Part shown: in pieces, positions 35,896 to 45,117 of the stretch
Position numbering within the stretch: position 1 is the first letter of the stretch
Layout of the letters: every line of letters begins with the position of its first letter
Virus record (IMG/VR): IMGVR_UViG_3300015050_000778
Span: 1-47,433 of that record
Length of the DNA stretch: 47,433 bases
Source: a virus
Taxonomy: Duplodnaviria > Caudoviricetes
Reading direction: 5' to 3' (one strand)
Notes under the pieces: generated by a model
What the model was told of the DNA's origin: nothing
Database searches by the model: none
Seen by the model: only the letters and a program-made list of their open reading frames with translations
Made by a program: the position numbers and the translations under genes

Positions 35896-36752
35896 CCACT
35901 ACCATCTTTCCAGTAATCCTATCCAATGGCGAGCAAGTCTTTGCGGTGCCTGGGGGTAGCTTGGGGGCACAACAACTCACCATCGCGTGCACAACTTATC
36001 CGAGCGCCGGTACTGCGCTGATCGAGTACCGATCACCCGGAAACACTGCATGGCAGACCGCGTACAAAGGTGCCGCCACTGCGCTTACGGTAGAGCGCGT
36101 CATGTATGTGGGCGACGTAGCTTCACAGTTTCGCGTGACATTGGAGGGTGTCGTTGGCGGCGCGGGAGCGACCTTTGCTGTATCGGACTTGGCGACGGCC
36201 GTTCCACCAGGCGCATGGGAGGGCACGCGAGGGTTAATCGTGCAGCCGTACACGGAGGCCAACGTAAAGAACGGCATGCAGTACTATCTTCGCGCTGCGT
36301 GGCCTCTCACCGACGTTATTCCCACAACGGAGTCCCGCAAGGTGTGGGTGAAGACCGGAACTCAAAAAGTCCTGGTGAAACTGCGTGATCTGCAGTTCGT
36401 TGCCGAAGAGCTTAGGCTTGAGCTGTTCCGCGCTCCGGTCACTGTGACGGGCGGCATTGACTTGACCATCCAAAACTACAACTCGATCAACCCTGTAGTG
36501 ACCACGACGGTGGCGAAAAAGAACGTTACAACGGTGTCCGATGGGGTGCCCTTTGACGCGGGAGACCCTGAGTACTTTTATGGCGCTGCAGCTTCCCCGC
36601 AACGTGTGGCTGCTTCCATCCCCCAAGGCCGTGAGCGAGTTATTCCGCCCAACACCGAATTCATTGTCAAGATCACCAATACCGGCAGCGGCAGCGCCCG
36701 AGTGCAGTACTTCCTCGACTGGTTCGAGGGCGAGCCGGACCTACCGACATGA
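35892..36752 (+). CDS. Hypothetical beta-rich protein inside the lysis cassette
   Basis: 286 aa; ATGA overlaps with the endolysin and Rz genes. Confidence 0.8.
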   Translation: MTTTIFPVILSNGEQVFAVPGGSLGAQQLTIACTTYPSAGTALIEYRSPGNTAWQTAYKGAATALTVERVMYVGDVASQFRVTLEGVVGGAGATFAVSDLATAVPPGAWEGTRGLIVQPYTEANVKNGMQYYLRAAWPLTDVIPTTESRKVWVKTGTQKVLVKLRDLQFVAEELRLELFRAPVTVTGGIDLTIQNYNSINPVVTTTVAKKNVTTVSDGVPFDAGDPEYFYGAAASPQRVAASIPQGRERVIPPNTEFIVKITNTGSGSARVQYFLDWFEGEPDLPT

Positions 36753-37273
36753 CCCCCGGCACCGCACGCACCCTGATACAACTCGCCGTTGTGGGCGTCG
36801 TGCTAGGGGTGACGTTTGGCGCGGGTTGGACTTCTCAGGGCTGGCGTCTCGGCACCAAACTAGCCACGGTACAGAAAGAACACGCCGAAGCCTTATCTAC
36901 CGCCCAGGAGCGCACGCGACAGGCCCAGGCGGCACTCCAAGCCGACAAGGACGCCAAGGCCGACAAGCTGGCCGGTATCGACTCCGAAGGCCGCAAAACA
37001 CTCATAGAGGCTCAAAATGAAAACGAACGTCTTAACGCTTGCGTGCGTGCTGGAACTTGCGGGTTGCGCATCGCCGCCCGTTTCCCCGCCGCCGCTGCTG
37101 GTGTGTCCAGCCCCTCCAAAGGTAGCAGCGTGGATTCTGGAGCCGCAGCCGTCCTTACTCCTGAAGCTGGACAAGATTATCTCGATCTCCGCGCCGCGAT
37201 AGCGACCACTGAGGGAGTATTGCGGGCATGCCAGCGCTCACTTGGTGAGCTGACTGGACAAGCCGTTAAGTAG
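36749..37273 (+). CDS. Rz: Rz-like i-spanin
   Basis: N-terminal TM segment, coiled coil, C-terminal Cys; contains an embedded lipoprotein gene. Confidence 0.85.
   Translation: MTPGTARTLIQLAVVGVVLGVTFGAGWTSQGWRLGTKLATVQKEHAEALSTAQERTRQAQAALQADKDAKADKLAGIDSEGRKTLIEAQNENERLNACVRAGTCGLRIAARFPAAAAGVSSPSKGSSVDSGAAAVLTPEAGQDYLDLRAAIATTEGVLRACQRSLGELTGQAVK
37017..37202 (+). CDS. Rz1: Rz1-like o-spanin lipoprotein (embedded, +1 frame)
   Basis: Lipobox LAGC, Pro-rich, GAGG RBS. Confidence 0.8.
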   Translation: MKTNVLTLACVLELAGCASPPVSPPPLLVCPAPPKVAAWILEPQPSLLLKLDKIISISAPR

Positions 37274-37583
37274 AGCCTTCCACCGCCCCAGGCGCTGATA
37301 CAGAACCAACAGCAGCAAGAAATTCACGCTTGGCTGTCGGGCCATCCTCACCGGGGCACCAGCCGAAATAGAGGGCGGCATCCGGGTTGATGGCGTGAAT
37401 TCGCAGGCGCAGCTCATGTACGGCACGCTTGTTTCCCATGCGGCGGACTTCATTGATGCGCTCGTTGATCGGCTGGCCGGTGACTTTGGCCCACGTTTCG
37501 TAGTTGTCCCGGCCCTTGCAGATCGCCAGCAACTCGCGCTGAAAGTCATCAACAGTCGGCTCCAGCAATGTCCGGTCACCCAT
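37266..37583 (-). CDS. Hypothetical protein
   Basis: Last gene of the leftward arm. Confidence 0.65.
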   Translation of the reverse strand: MGDRTLLEPTVDDFQRELLAICKGRDNYETWAKVTGQPINERINEVRRMGNKRAVHELRLRIHAINPDAALYFGWCPGEDGPTAKREFLAAVGSVSAPGAVEGST

Positions 37584-37854
37584 GATCTACCCCCTGTGTA
37601 GAAGTGCCGATCCAGTCCTCAATTGTTTCGATCAACGACACCTCGCCAGCGGGCGGTAGCCAACTGGGCTGGAAGTTTCCGTACTTGACGTTCCACTGTC
37701 GGAGCTGGCCCACGCAGGCCCGGTGCATCGACTTGGTCTTCCCGTGCCTGACCGATACTCCATAGCCGGTGCTTTTCAAGGAGCCTTGCCATATCCAGCA
37801 TCCGTTCGCGTCCACCTTGTAGTGCGCAAATAAGTCTTTTATTGGTGCTCCCAT
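37576..37854 (-). pseudogene. Truncated HNH-endonuclease-like N-terminus fused to an unrelated tail
   Basis: GCWIWQG....GYG......K....HR is present, but no downstream H-C...C.NP.HL catalytic motif. Confidence 0.55.
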
Positions 37855-37855
37855 G

Positions 37856-38194
37856 TCATTCCCCCTTGGCGGCGGCAACCATGGCGGCCCACGTCCCGCG
37901 TGGCGAGTGAGAATGCAGGTCAACGGCATGCGACCCTGCTGTTAGCATTTCCGTGGTCGGCTCAATCGGAACCAGCGCCATGCCGGGCGGTATCCCTGCT
38001 ACTCCCATAGGCTGGGCGGCGCGAGTGTTCCAATCGGCAATAACCTTGTCTTTTTCGGTGTTCAAGGCTGGGCCGTTGGTGCCACATGTCTTGCAGAACG
38101 ACTCCCAGCCGCCCATGTCCATGGCGTAGATGTCGGCGCTGCCGCAGAAAGGGCAGGGAAGCAACTCTGGCAGTTGGGGTATTGATTGCGTCAT
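37856..38194 (-). CDS. Lar-family (restriction alleviation-like) protein
   Basis: LLPCPFCG...CKTCG..GP...WNTR. Confidence 0.75.
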   Translation of the reverse strand: MTQSIPQLPELLPCPFCGSADIYAMDMGGWESFCKTCGTNGPALNTEKDKVIADWNTRAAQPMGVAGIPPGMALVPIEPTTEMLTAGSHAVDLHSHSPRGTWAAMVAAAKGE

Positions 38195-38195
38195 G

Positions 38196-39839
38196 TCAGG
38201 CTCCCTTCTTGGTGGACTGAGCGATAGCGGCGTCTATGGCCTGCGCAAATTCGTCACGTTGAGGCGATTTCCAGACGAAGTTGAAAAGCGTGTGCTCGAT
38301 GGTGTGGCTTTTCACCTCGTTCTCAGCGCCTTCGGGTATGGCCTTGAACTGGCTGAAAAGGCTGACGCGCTGGTGCTCAGACAAGTCACGGAAAAACCGC
38401 AACTGAGTCAGCGCCTTGCTTCCCTCAAAGGGCGTCGGACTATCGCATACTTGACGGCGATCTTGCGTAGCCAGGGCGGCTTCGGCGGTAGATTGGTAGA
38501 TGCCGCAGTCCATGCATCTCCGGTTCGGGTTGTTGTTGAAGGTTGCGAACCGGTGTGCGCAGCCCTTTTGCTTGAGGATGATGGCGTCTATGTCGGAGTG
38601 GTCAGAAGCAGTCCACAGGTACGAAACGCTGCCGTCAGTGACTTTGACTCGGCAAACTCCATACTCGTAGCCCTCGGGGTCTTGGTTTGAGCCGTGCAGA
38701 AATGCCAATCGCTCAGCATCCGTCACCTCCCGCGCCGCATCCCCCTGCACCCCTGCGGGTACTGGGGCGACGCTCACGTTTGACGCGAATACGACATTTC
38801 CAGCAGTTGGCTGCGGGTTCAACCGGACCCAACACTTACCTTTTGGGCACCCCGTGGTGGGCGCTGCGCAGGAGCCCTGAGCGCAGTTCGTTTCAAACTC
38901 GTACTGCTGATATTTCGGCTCTACTTGGGTGGCATCCTGCGCCTGGATGGCGACGCCGACATTGCGCGCTTGCGGTGCGGCCTGCCATGCTTCCCACGCC
39001 CGTGCTTGGGTCGCCGTTGGCATGTATTCAGCCCACCAGAATTCAAACAGATGCTGACCCTCACCCCCGCCCAAAGGAACAGAAGGAGCCGGGGTGGCGA
39101 CTTGCCAACCAAAAACGTCAGCCAGCACGGTCTTGAGTTCGGCTTTCTTTTCCTCTGTCCACGGCTCATTCATGCCGGGGAATGGGGCGCAGACCGATCC
39201 CACTGAGCCACCAGCACCGGGGGAGGGGGTGACGAAGAATGCTTTGCATCTGTCGCAACCGCAATAGGCCGCTTCGCCACGCTGCTGCAAGTACTCCATC
39301 ACATCGTGCGATGTGGGCCGTCCTTGGACTCCCTCGGCGGTGATCCAGCGAATGCCCCTGTGACCATCAGCGACTTCCTCGTCGGTCCATTTGTTCGGCC
39401 CATTAAAGCTCGGCTCCACCCCCACCGCAACCGGCGCATGAGAGGCGGACAACAGCCGACGCATTGATTCAAGACCGTGCTGCAAGTCGAAGCCGCCTGG
39501 GAACCCCGCGCCATCGCCATCAATGTCCGGGTCAGGTGGCAGGTATGTGAAGCCCGCAGCCTTCGCTTGCGCAATCACCTCGTCATCCGACAGTCGCGCC
39601 CTGACAGGTGTCGCCACCTCCTGCGGGCGGGAAAGAGCGGCGCGGAGGGCGGATTCAAAAGCGGCGCGCAGTCGTACTGCTTCGGCGTCATGGGCTTTTG
39701 CTTGCCGGATGTGCTGCGAGCTTTCGTCTGTGCCCGTGCACCATCTGCGCATGCCGTGTTCATCCAACATCTTCATCAACTCGGCTACTCTCGCCTCTAC
39801 CGCCATATCGGGTGCTGGGTTTGTGTTTGGGGTGGTCAT
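38196..39839 (-). CDS. Large mosaic early protein (Ead/Ea22-like)
   Basis: 547 aa of short modules joined by Pro/Ala/Gly/Val linkers; ends AIDAAIA. Confidence 0.75.
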   Translation of the reverse strand: MTTPNTNPAPDMAVEARVAELMKMLDEHGMRRWCTGTDESSQHIRQAKAHDAEAVRLRAAFESALRAALSRPQEVATPVRARLSDDEVIAQAKAAGFTYLPPDPDIDGDGAGFPGGFDLQHGLESMRRLLSASHAPVAVGVEPSFNGPNKWTDEEVADGHRGIRWITAEGVQGRPTSHDVMEYLQQRGEAAYCGCDRCKAFFVTPSPGAGGSVGSVCAPFPGMNEPWTEEKKAELKTVLADVFGWQVATPAPSVPLGGGEGQHLFEFWWAEYMPTATQARAWEAWQAAPQARNVGVAIQAQDATQVEPKYQQYEFETNCAQGSCAAPTTGCPKGKCWVRLNPQPTAGNVVFASNVSVAPVPAGVQGDAAREVTDAERLAFLHGSNQDPEGYEYGVCRVKVTDGSVSYLWTASDHSDIDAIILKQKGCAHRFATFNNNPNRRCMDCGIYQSTAEAALATQDRRQVCDSPTPFEGSKALTQLRFFRDLSEHQRVSLFSQFKAIPEGAENEVKSHTIEHTLFNFVWKSPQRDEFAQAIDAAIAQSTKKGA

Positions 39840-39842
39840 TGT

Positions 39843-40043
39843 TTATGTCCAGGTTTTTGCTACTGCGAAAGCGGCGCAGATGGTTGGATAGTTGCCATAG
39901 GGATGTTCCTCCCCGCCGTACTGAGGCACTTCGAAAAGCTCGATACGCCCGTCCGGGTGGCAACGGACCAAGCCGCCGCCTTCCTCGGAAAAATCCCAAA
40001 GCTCTATGACGCCTTCAGGTTGATATGCTGCTTTAAGGCTCAC
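39843..40043 (-). CDS. Hypothetical protein
   Basis: GTG start, GGGGAG RBS; LFEVPQYGG motif. Confidence 0.7.
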   Translation of the reverse strand: MSLKAAYQPEGVIELWDFSEEGGGLVRCHPDGRIELFEVPQYGGEEHPYGNYPTICAAFAVAKTWT

Positions 40044-40741
40044 GATGCTCCCCCAGCCTTGGTAGTGGAGGCGAGGTCAACGCGGGTGAATTGCAGCTTG
40101 ACGTTGTCGTCGGGGTAGGCGGTGCCTTCGGACCACATCAGCGCGCCGTACTCTTGCTCGAAGATGTCCTTGATTTGGCGCATGGACAGGCCCTCGATGC
40201 GCATATCCAGCGTGCCGGGGGTCTTCTCGAAATACATCATGCGTGGGTCGTACTTCGGAACTGCACTCACCCCACCCGCCACTGGGCGGCTGGCGGCGAA
40301 GGATTCGAGCCTTGCCAATGCCGAGTAGGTGCCGTTATGGATAAGGCCGGTTTGCAAGGCCTGCCGGATACTTTCAATGTCGGCGTTTGGCTCCCCTTGC
40401 GGTTCTCCCACTGAGGGAGTGTGGTCCATGAGCGTAGGCGCCTCCAGCTCGGCGCGATACCGGCACCATGCGGCCATGAAGCGCGGCCCTTCGTCTTTGT
40501 CGAGGCATGGCGCGTTGTTGTAGTCGTCAAAGTCGGCGTTATACGTGCTCGACTTCATGACCACCATGTACTGCCCATGGGGCCGGCGCTCGATGTGCTG
40601 GACAAGCGCCATCGGGATCGTATGAGACTTGCCTGCGTAAATCGACTCGGTGACGGTTTTCGCCTCCACCGAAACACCTGGTTCTGCTGTTGGGGCGACC
40701 TGAAGCGCCTCGTCTCCCTTGTGGGTGTGGGATTGGGTCAT
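40040..40741 (-). CDS. Hypothetical protein
   Basis: Overlap-coupled. Confidence 0.75.
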   Translation of the reverse strand: MTQSHTHKGDEALQVAPTAEPGVSVEAKTVTESIYAGKSHTIPMALVQHIERRPHGQYMVVMKSSTYNADFDDYNNAPCLDKDEGPRFMAAWCRYRAELEAPTLMDHTPSVGEPQGEPNADIESIRQALQTGLIHNGTYSALARLESFAASRPVAGGVSAVPKYDPRMMYFEKTPGTLDMRIEGLSMRQIKDIFEQEYGALMWSEGTAYPDDNVKLQFTRVDLASTTKAGGAS

Positions 40742-40947
40742 GATTTATTCCGTTTCTGGTTTTTCTGGCGTTGACGTTCCATGAGGCGTTGCGCTGGGCT
40801 ACCGCCTGAGCCTCGGTAACGGGTGCTCGGCTTGAAGGGGTCGCCGCGTGGGCCGGCTGAGGCTGGGCGTATGGCGGGCGTTGCTGTAGCCATAGAAGCC
40901 ATTGCCGCCATGGCGATAGTCGCGGCGAGAAGGCTGCGGCTTTTCAC
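40738..40947 (-). CDS. Small hypothetical protein (hydrophobic N-terminus, basic C-terminus)
   Basis: AAGGAG RBS, GTG start. Confidence 0.65.
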   Translation of the reverse strand: MKSRSLLAATIAMAAMASMATATPAIRPASAGPRGDPFKPSTRYRGSGGSPAQRLMERQRQKNQKRNKS

Positions 40948-41225
40948 TTCGTCTCTCCTTGAGTAAGGGCGGCGCGGGCATGGTCGTATGCGCTGTCCAG
41001 ATGGGCGGCAATGACGCCAGTAGCAACCGAATCACCGGCTGCATCTGCAAGTCGCATCAGCGCTTCCCGCAGCCTCCCTACCTCAGCCTCCTTGGCTGCA
41101 AGCAATTCCAGAACTTGCAGTTCGGACCAACCGCTCACGCTGCCCATGTGGTCGCGGTAGTGGCCTTCTAAAACGTGAGGTTCCGGCAGGCTCGGCACTA
41201 CTGGAGGTTGTATAGGGGAGGTCAT
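40944..41225 (-). CDS. Hypothetical protein
   Basis: ATGA overlap, GGGAG RBS. Confidence 0.7.
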   Translation of the reverse strand: MTSPIQPPVVPSLPEPHVLEGHYRDHMGSVSGWSELQVLELLAAKEAEVGRLREALMRLADAAGDSVATGVIAAHLDSAYDHARAALTQGETK

Positions 41226-41494
41226 TGCCGAATCTCCCAAGGAAGTTCTGGAGCCTGTTTAACGTAGAAGACCTGAAGGGCTCCGTCGTTCTCGCGCAGC
41301 ACCACGTCATAGCCAAGCTGGGTAGCCGCGACCACACGCTCCTTGAGGCTAGCCAATTTCCAGTGGTCATTGAGTTTTTCGGCCGGATATGTCCACATCA
41401 GCCGGGTGTGGCGATAGGCAATCTTCTGGCCGAACTCTTTGAACCGCTCCATGAGGCTGGTGTATGGATTTACGCGTTTCTGTTTTTCGCTCAT
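41222..41494 (-). CDS. Hypothetical protein
   Basis: AGGAG RBS before MSEKQKRV. Confidence 0.75.
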   Translation of the reverse strand: MSEKQKRVNPYTSLMERFKEFGQKIAYRHTRLMWTYPAEKLNDHWKLASLKERVVAATQLGYDVVLRENDGALQVFYVKQAPELPWEIRQ

Positions 41495-41576
41495 CTCAAA
41501 TCTCCTAAAGTGTCTTGCTGTAATAGGTGCGGATTTCATGCCAAAGCCCTCCATGAAAGGCTTCAGATAGCCGAAT

Positions 41577-42440
41577 TCATTTAACGTTGACGAAAGGAAC
41601 CGCGCCACCAGCCATGGTTTGTGGCAACTTGCCGTCCCACTTGGCTATAGCTTGGAGCTGGACGTAGCCCTGACCGCCTGACTTCTCCACCGCAGCCGAT
41701 TGAATCGCAATGGCCTTGGCTTCACCTTCCGCCTGGGCGATACGTTGTTCCGCTTCAAACTTCGTGCGCTTCAAGTTGTTTTCAGCAGTCGCGGCTTTTT
41801 GATTCGCCGTCACTTTTTCCTCAATGGCAGCATCAAATGCTTTGCTGAATCCGAAGTTAACCAAGTTGACGTTCTGGACAATGAGGTGGTACTGCACCAT
41901 ACGCTGCTGCAGATTCTTGGCAATTGCTCCGCTGACCTCTTGGCGCTTTGTCACAAGTTCTTCAGCGGTATATTGAGCTACCACGGCTTTGAAGGTTTCA
42001 TAGGTGGCGGGTTGTAGCAACAACTCAGCATAAGACAATGTAGGGTTACTGACATACAACTCACGGGCCTTGGTCGGATCAACCACAAAATTGACCATCA
42101 AATCAGCATGCACGCTCTGCAAGTCTTTAGACCCCGCCTCACTTTTGGCGGCATCAATACGTTGCTGGCCCATGTATACGTCTACGGTGCGGCTCCACGG
42201 CGCAATGAAGTGCGCGCCTTCAGTCAGCATCTCGGGGTGTACCTTGCCGAACGTAGTAACCACGGCTACGTGTGATGGCGGCACCGTCACGAACATGCTA
42301 AATGCGAAACAGATGAATGCCAGTAAGGTGAATACGCCAGACATGATCCGTGGAATCTGACGATTGGTTGGCTCGAAAATAAACATCGCGCCGAAAGCGA
42401 CAAACGCGATTACAAGAAAAATGATTGAGACGATAAACAT
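41577..42440 (-). CDS. SPFH/Band-7 (prohibitin-like) membrane protein
   Basis: Two N-terminal TM segments; V...FGKV...EG.HF..PW, SKDLQ, FS..F..AIE.K, AEGEAKA, KWDG.LP. Confidence 0.92.
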   Translation of the reverse strand: MFIVSIIFLVIAFVAFGAMFIFEPTNRQIPRIMSGVFTLLAFICFAFSMFVTVPPSHVAVVTTFGKVHPEMLTEGAHFIAPWSRTVDVYMGQQRIDAAKSEAGSKDLQSVHADLMVNFVVDPTKARELYVSNPTLSYAELLLQPATYETFKAVVAQYTAEELVTKRQEVSGAIAKNLQQRMVQYHLIVQNVNLVNFGFSKAFDAAIEEKVTANQKAATAENNLKRTKFEAEQRIAQAEGEAKAIAIQSAAVEKSGGQGYVQLQAIAKWDGKLPQTMAGGAVPFVNVK

Positions 42441-42490
42441 GATTTATTCCTTTGGGTTTGGTTGTCTTAAATTGCCGAATTCGAATCGCT

Positions 42491-42676
42491 TCAGCTCCGC
42501 TTCTTCCGGTAGCTAACTACCCGCTCAAGCCCTAGCTTATCAAGCACATCTTGCGATGGCTCTGACTTTTCTCCAATGCGAAGTCGCTGGAGATATGAGG
42601 GGCTTAATCCTATGGCCCGTGCCGCTGCACGCAAGCCGCCGTGTTGTTTGATAAGGCGTTCAATTGTTTTCTGCAT
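42491..42676 (-). CDS. HTH transcriptional regulator (Cro/XRE-like), probably leaderless
   Basis: GLRAAARAIGLSPSYL.RL..G...PS...L.KLGL; TATTAT lies 7 nt before the ATG. Confidence 0.8.
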   Translation of the reverse strand: MQKTIERLIKQHGGLRAAARAIGLSPSYLQRLRIGEKSEPSQDVLDKLGLERVVSYRKKRS

Positions 42677-42711
42677 AGGCGTCATAATACACGCCCAATC
42701 AAGCAACACAA

Positions 42712-43161
42712 CTACCGTTCGTCGGAAAGTTGGACAATCATCCGTCGCGCCGATTCCTCCACTGCGGCTTCCATCTGGTGCGGCGTGGAATTCCTCAGAA
42801 TTTCCTCGTAGAGGTTCACCGCATCAGTAACAGTCTCAAGGTCAGGCCCGTGAAATCCGTAGCGTTTGTGCCGTCCGAAAATGTCATCTACGCGGCCCAT
42901 GGCTTGGATGGCGGTGAGCATCGTCTGCTCGCACAGCGGGTCGATATCCTCGGATCTAATCAGCCCGACATTGATACACGCAGCCAGGCGGTCGAAATAG
43001 GCAATGTCCGTCGTCCCATTCTTCAAAGCCTCGAATGCTACGCGGACGCGGTTCATGACCAGGGTCGCATGATCTTCTGGTGGCGGTCGGCTGCTGGAAA
43101 TAACATCAATCCACGCAGTGGTTCGCTTGGCTCTGGATGCGGTGCGATGCAGAGAGTTCAT
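42712..43161 (-). CDS. Hypothetical protein
   Basis: GAGG RBS; operon context. Confidence 0.75.
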   Translation of the reverse strand: MNSLHRTASRAKRTTAWIDVISSSRPPPEDHATLVMNRVRVAFEALKNGTTDIAYFDRLAACINVGLIRSEDIDPLCEQTMLTAIQAMGRVDDIFGRHKRYGFHGPDLETVTDAVNLYEEILRNSTPHQMEAAVEESARRMIVQLSDER

Positions 43162-43169
43162 GGCTTACC

Positions 43170-43889
43170 TCAGTGGTTATGCTCTTCGGCAATCTGGCGA
43201 ACAAGAGAATCGAGGTAGACGTTTGCCGCCTCGCACTTGGTCTTGATCTTTTCTTCCAGCGCCAAATCGCGGGTGTACGGAACGACTGTCACGCGCAGCT
43301 CTGGCGTGATGTGGTCAACGATGTGTATTTCCTCGCGTTCGTAGCCGATCAGCTCAGGCGGGGTGCTGACAAGGCAGTAGGCAATCTCAAACTCAGGAGC
43401 GTCCCAAAGCATCATGTAACCACGGCCCTGCCATTCGTAGCCCTTGTCACGCCCTGCGGCGATGGTGGCCGGGAAGGTTGGCAGTGACCACGGCGACTTG
43501 ATATCCGTTATCTTCTTTGGTGTGCAAATGTCGCACTCGCCAGTTATCCATGCGTTTGACCTGCGCTCGGTATTTTTCGTGTGATTGGTGAAAAACACTG
43601 AGTTGTAAAGCTCGATAGCCTGGTCTTCAACCTGAATACCTTTTTCAAGGTACTTGCTGGACACCTCATCGTCATAGCCGTAGACAAGCTGCTTTGCCAA
43701 AGACTCGATATAGGTCTTCGCCCCAGCGGATAGGCTTCTATCCCAGAATGGAGCAAGCAGAGCCTTGTCCTCTTCGGTCTTGACCTTCTTTTTGCTGATG
43801 ACGGCCAGTTCGTCAGTCAACAGGGACGCATCAATGCTCTGTGCGTCGGTCATGATGAGCCCAAGGGATGAGCAGCGGAATTTATGCAT
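43170..43889 (-). CDS. YqaJ/lambda-exonuclease-like nuclease
   Basis: R.SS, G...E..AI, G.CD, DIKS.W, Y.WQ..GYM; adjacent to RecT. Confidence 0.85.
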   Translation of the reverse strand: MHKFRCSSLGLIMTDAQSIDASLLTDELAVISKKKVKTEEDKALLAPFWDRSLSAGAKTYIESLAKQLVYGYDDEVSSKYLEKGIQVEDQAIELYNSVFFTNHTKNTERRSNAWITGECDICTPKKITDIKSPWSLPTFPATIAAGRDKGYEWQGRGYMMLWDAPEFEIAYCLVSTPPELIGYEREEIHIVDHITPELRVTVVPYTRDLALEEKIKTKCEAANVYLDSLVRQIAEEHNH

Positions 43890-44775
43890 GTGTGTCCTCC
43901 GGTATATCGGTCGCTGCCATGGCCGTAATAGCCTCTTGCAGCGTGGTTTCCTGGTCGGTTGTCAACGAATAGGCCCGCAATTGTTGCGCGGTGTAAGTGC
44001 CGGCCTTTATTGCCTCAATAGCCGCCATAAAGCGTGCAGGCTTGAGTGTTCGCGGTGCGGCATCAATTGCTTTGGCTGGCCGGTTTTCAACCGTCACAAT
44101 ACCCTCTGCGCCATCAGTATTCAGATGATGGATGGCCTTTTCCAGTCGTTCAGTTTTAGGCCAATACTTGTAAGCCTGTTTCACGCAGGTCTTTTTGATC
44201 ATCTCGCTTTCGTCAGACTTCCACGGCCCGGACTGCCCAGACTTCCAAGCCTGCGAACGATTGCGAATGGCAATCGCCTGCTCATAAGTCATGGTGTGCG
44301 TCAGGTATTCACCGTCAGCGGTTTTCACCACAACATACACGCCGACAATCGCGCCACGATCAGATGCAAACGGGTTGAATTGGTGCTGTGGCGGCTTGTC
44401 GTAGCCATTCAGTGTGAATGTGTCGGTGGCGTGGACAAGTGCCGCCTGCGCCCATTTGATGGAGCCCGTAGACATGGCAAGATCCATCAAGCCCATGTAC
44501 GAAATGTCCAAGCAAATCTTGCCATCACGCGGCACAAGATAGGCTTGCTTTTTGGCTGGGTTGAGGCTGATTCCGATAGCTGCGATGTTGGTCACAGCAT
44601 CAATCACCGACTGGCGATTTTTCATCGCCACGCCAATCGTATATTCCTTGGTTGAGATTGCCTGGATAGCAAATCCGGCCTCACGCTCAAAGTTAATATC
44701 TTTGTCGGTAACTACTGACGCGAACACTTCCCGCGTCCCATAAATGTCATCCGAGATGACTTGAATATTGCTCAT
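43882..44775 (-). CDS. recT: RecT-family single-strand annealing protein
   Basis: GISLNP...AYLVP, SYMGL, G.Y.V, PW......M..KT..K.A.K.WP. Confidence 0.9.
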   Translation of the reverse strand: MSNIQVISDDIYGTREVFASVVTDKDINFEREAGFAIQAISTKEYTIGVAMKNRQSVIDAVTNIAAIGISLNPAKKQAYLVPRDGKICLDISYMGLMDLAMSTGSIKWAQAALVHATDTFTLNGYDKPPQHQFNPFASDRGAIVGVYVVVKTADGEYLTHTMTYEQAIAIRNRSQAWKSGQSGPWKSDESEMIKKTCVKQAYKYWPKTERLEKAIHHLNTDGAEGIVTVENRPAKAIDAAPRTLKPARFMAAIEAIKAGTYTAQQLRAYSLTTDQETTLQEAITAMAATDIPEDTHA

Positions 44776-44778
44776 GAT

Positions 44779-45117
44779 TTACCTTAAAAAAGCTGATGCC
44801 CGCTCGGCAATCTCTGCAATCTCTGCGCAATGCTCGGCAAAGAAACGATTACGGATAACGATGGTCGCTTGGTCACGCTGTTCTGACGTAGCCTTATCAC
44901 CAAAAATGATCAGAATCAATTCTTCATTGCTGATCATTCCCCAGTAGCTAGATGGCTCACGCACACTACTGCAAGATTCAATCCACGTGCCGATTCGTTC
45001 AGCCGTGAGAAACTTCTCTTCGGCCATTTCGATGGCGATTTCCTCCAAAGTGAAAGCTGGCTTATTGCATTCCAGCTTGGAAAATCGTTGGACTGCTTCG
45101 TTGTGGCGTTCGTTCAC
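44779..45117 (-). CDS. Hypothetical protein
   Basis: GTGA overlap, AGGAG RBS. Confidence 0.7.
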   Translation of the reverse strand: MNERHNEAVQRFSKLECNKPAFTLEEIAIEMAEEKFLTAERIGTWIESCSSVREPSSYWGMISNEELILIIFGDKATSEQRDQATIVIRNRFFAEHCAEIAEIAERASAFLR

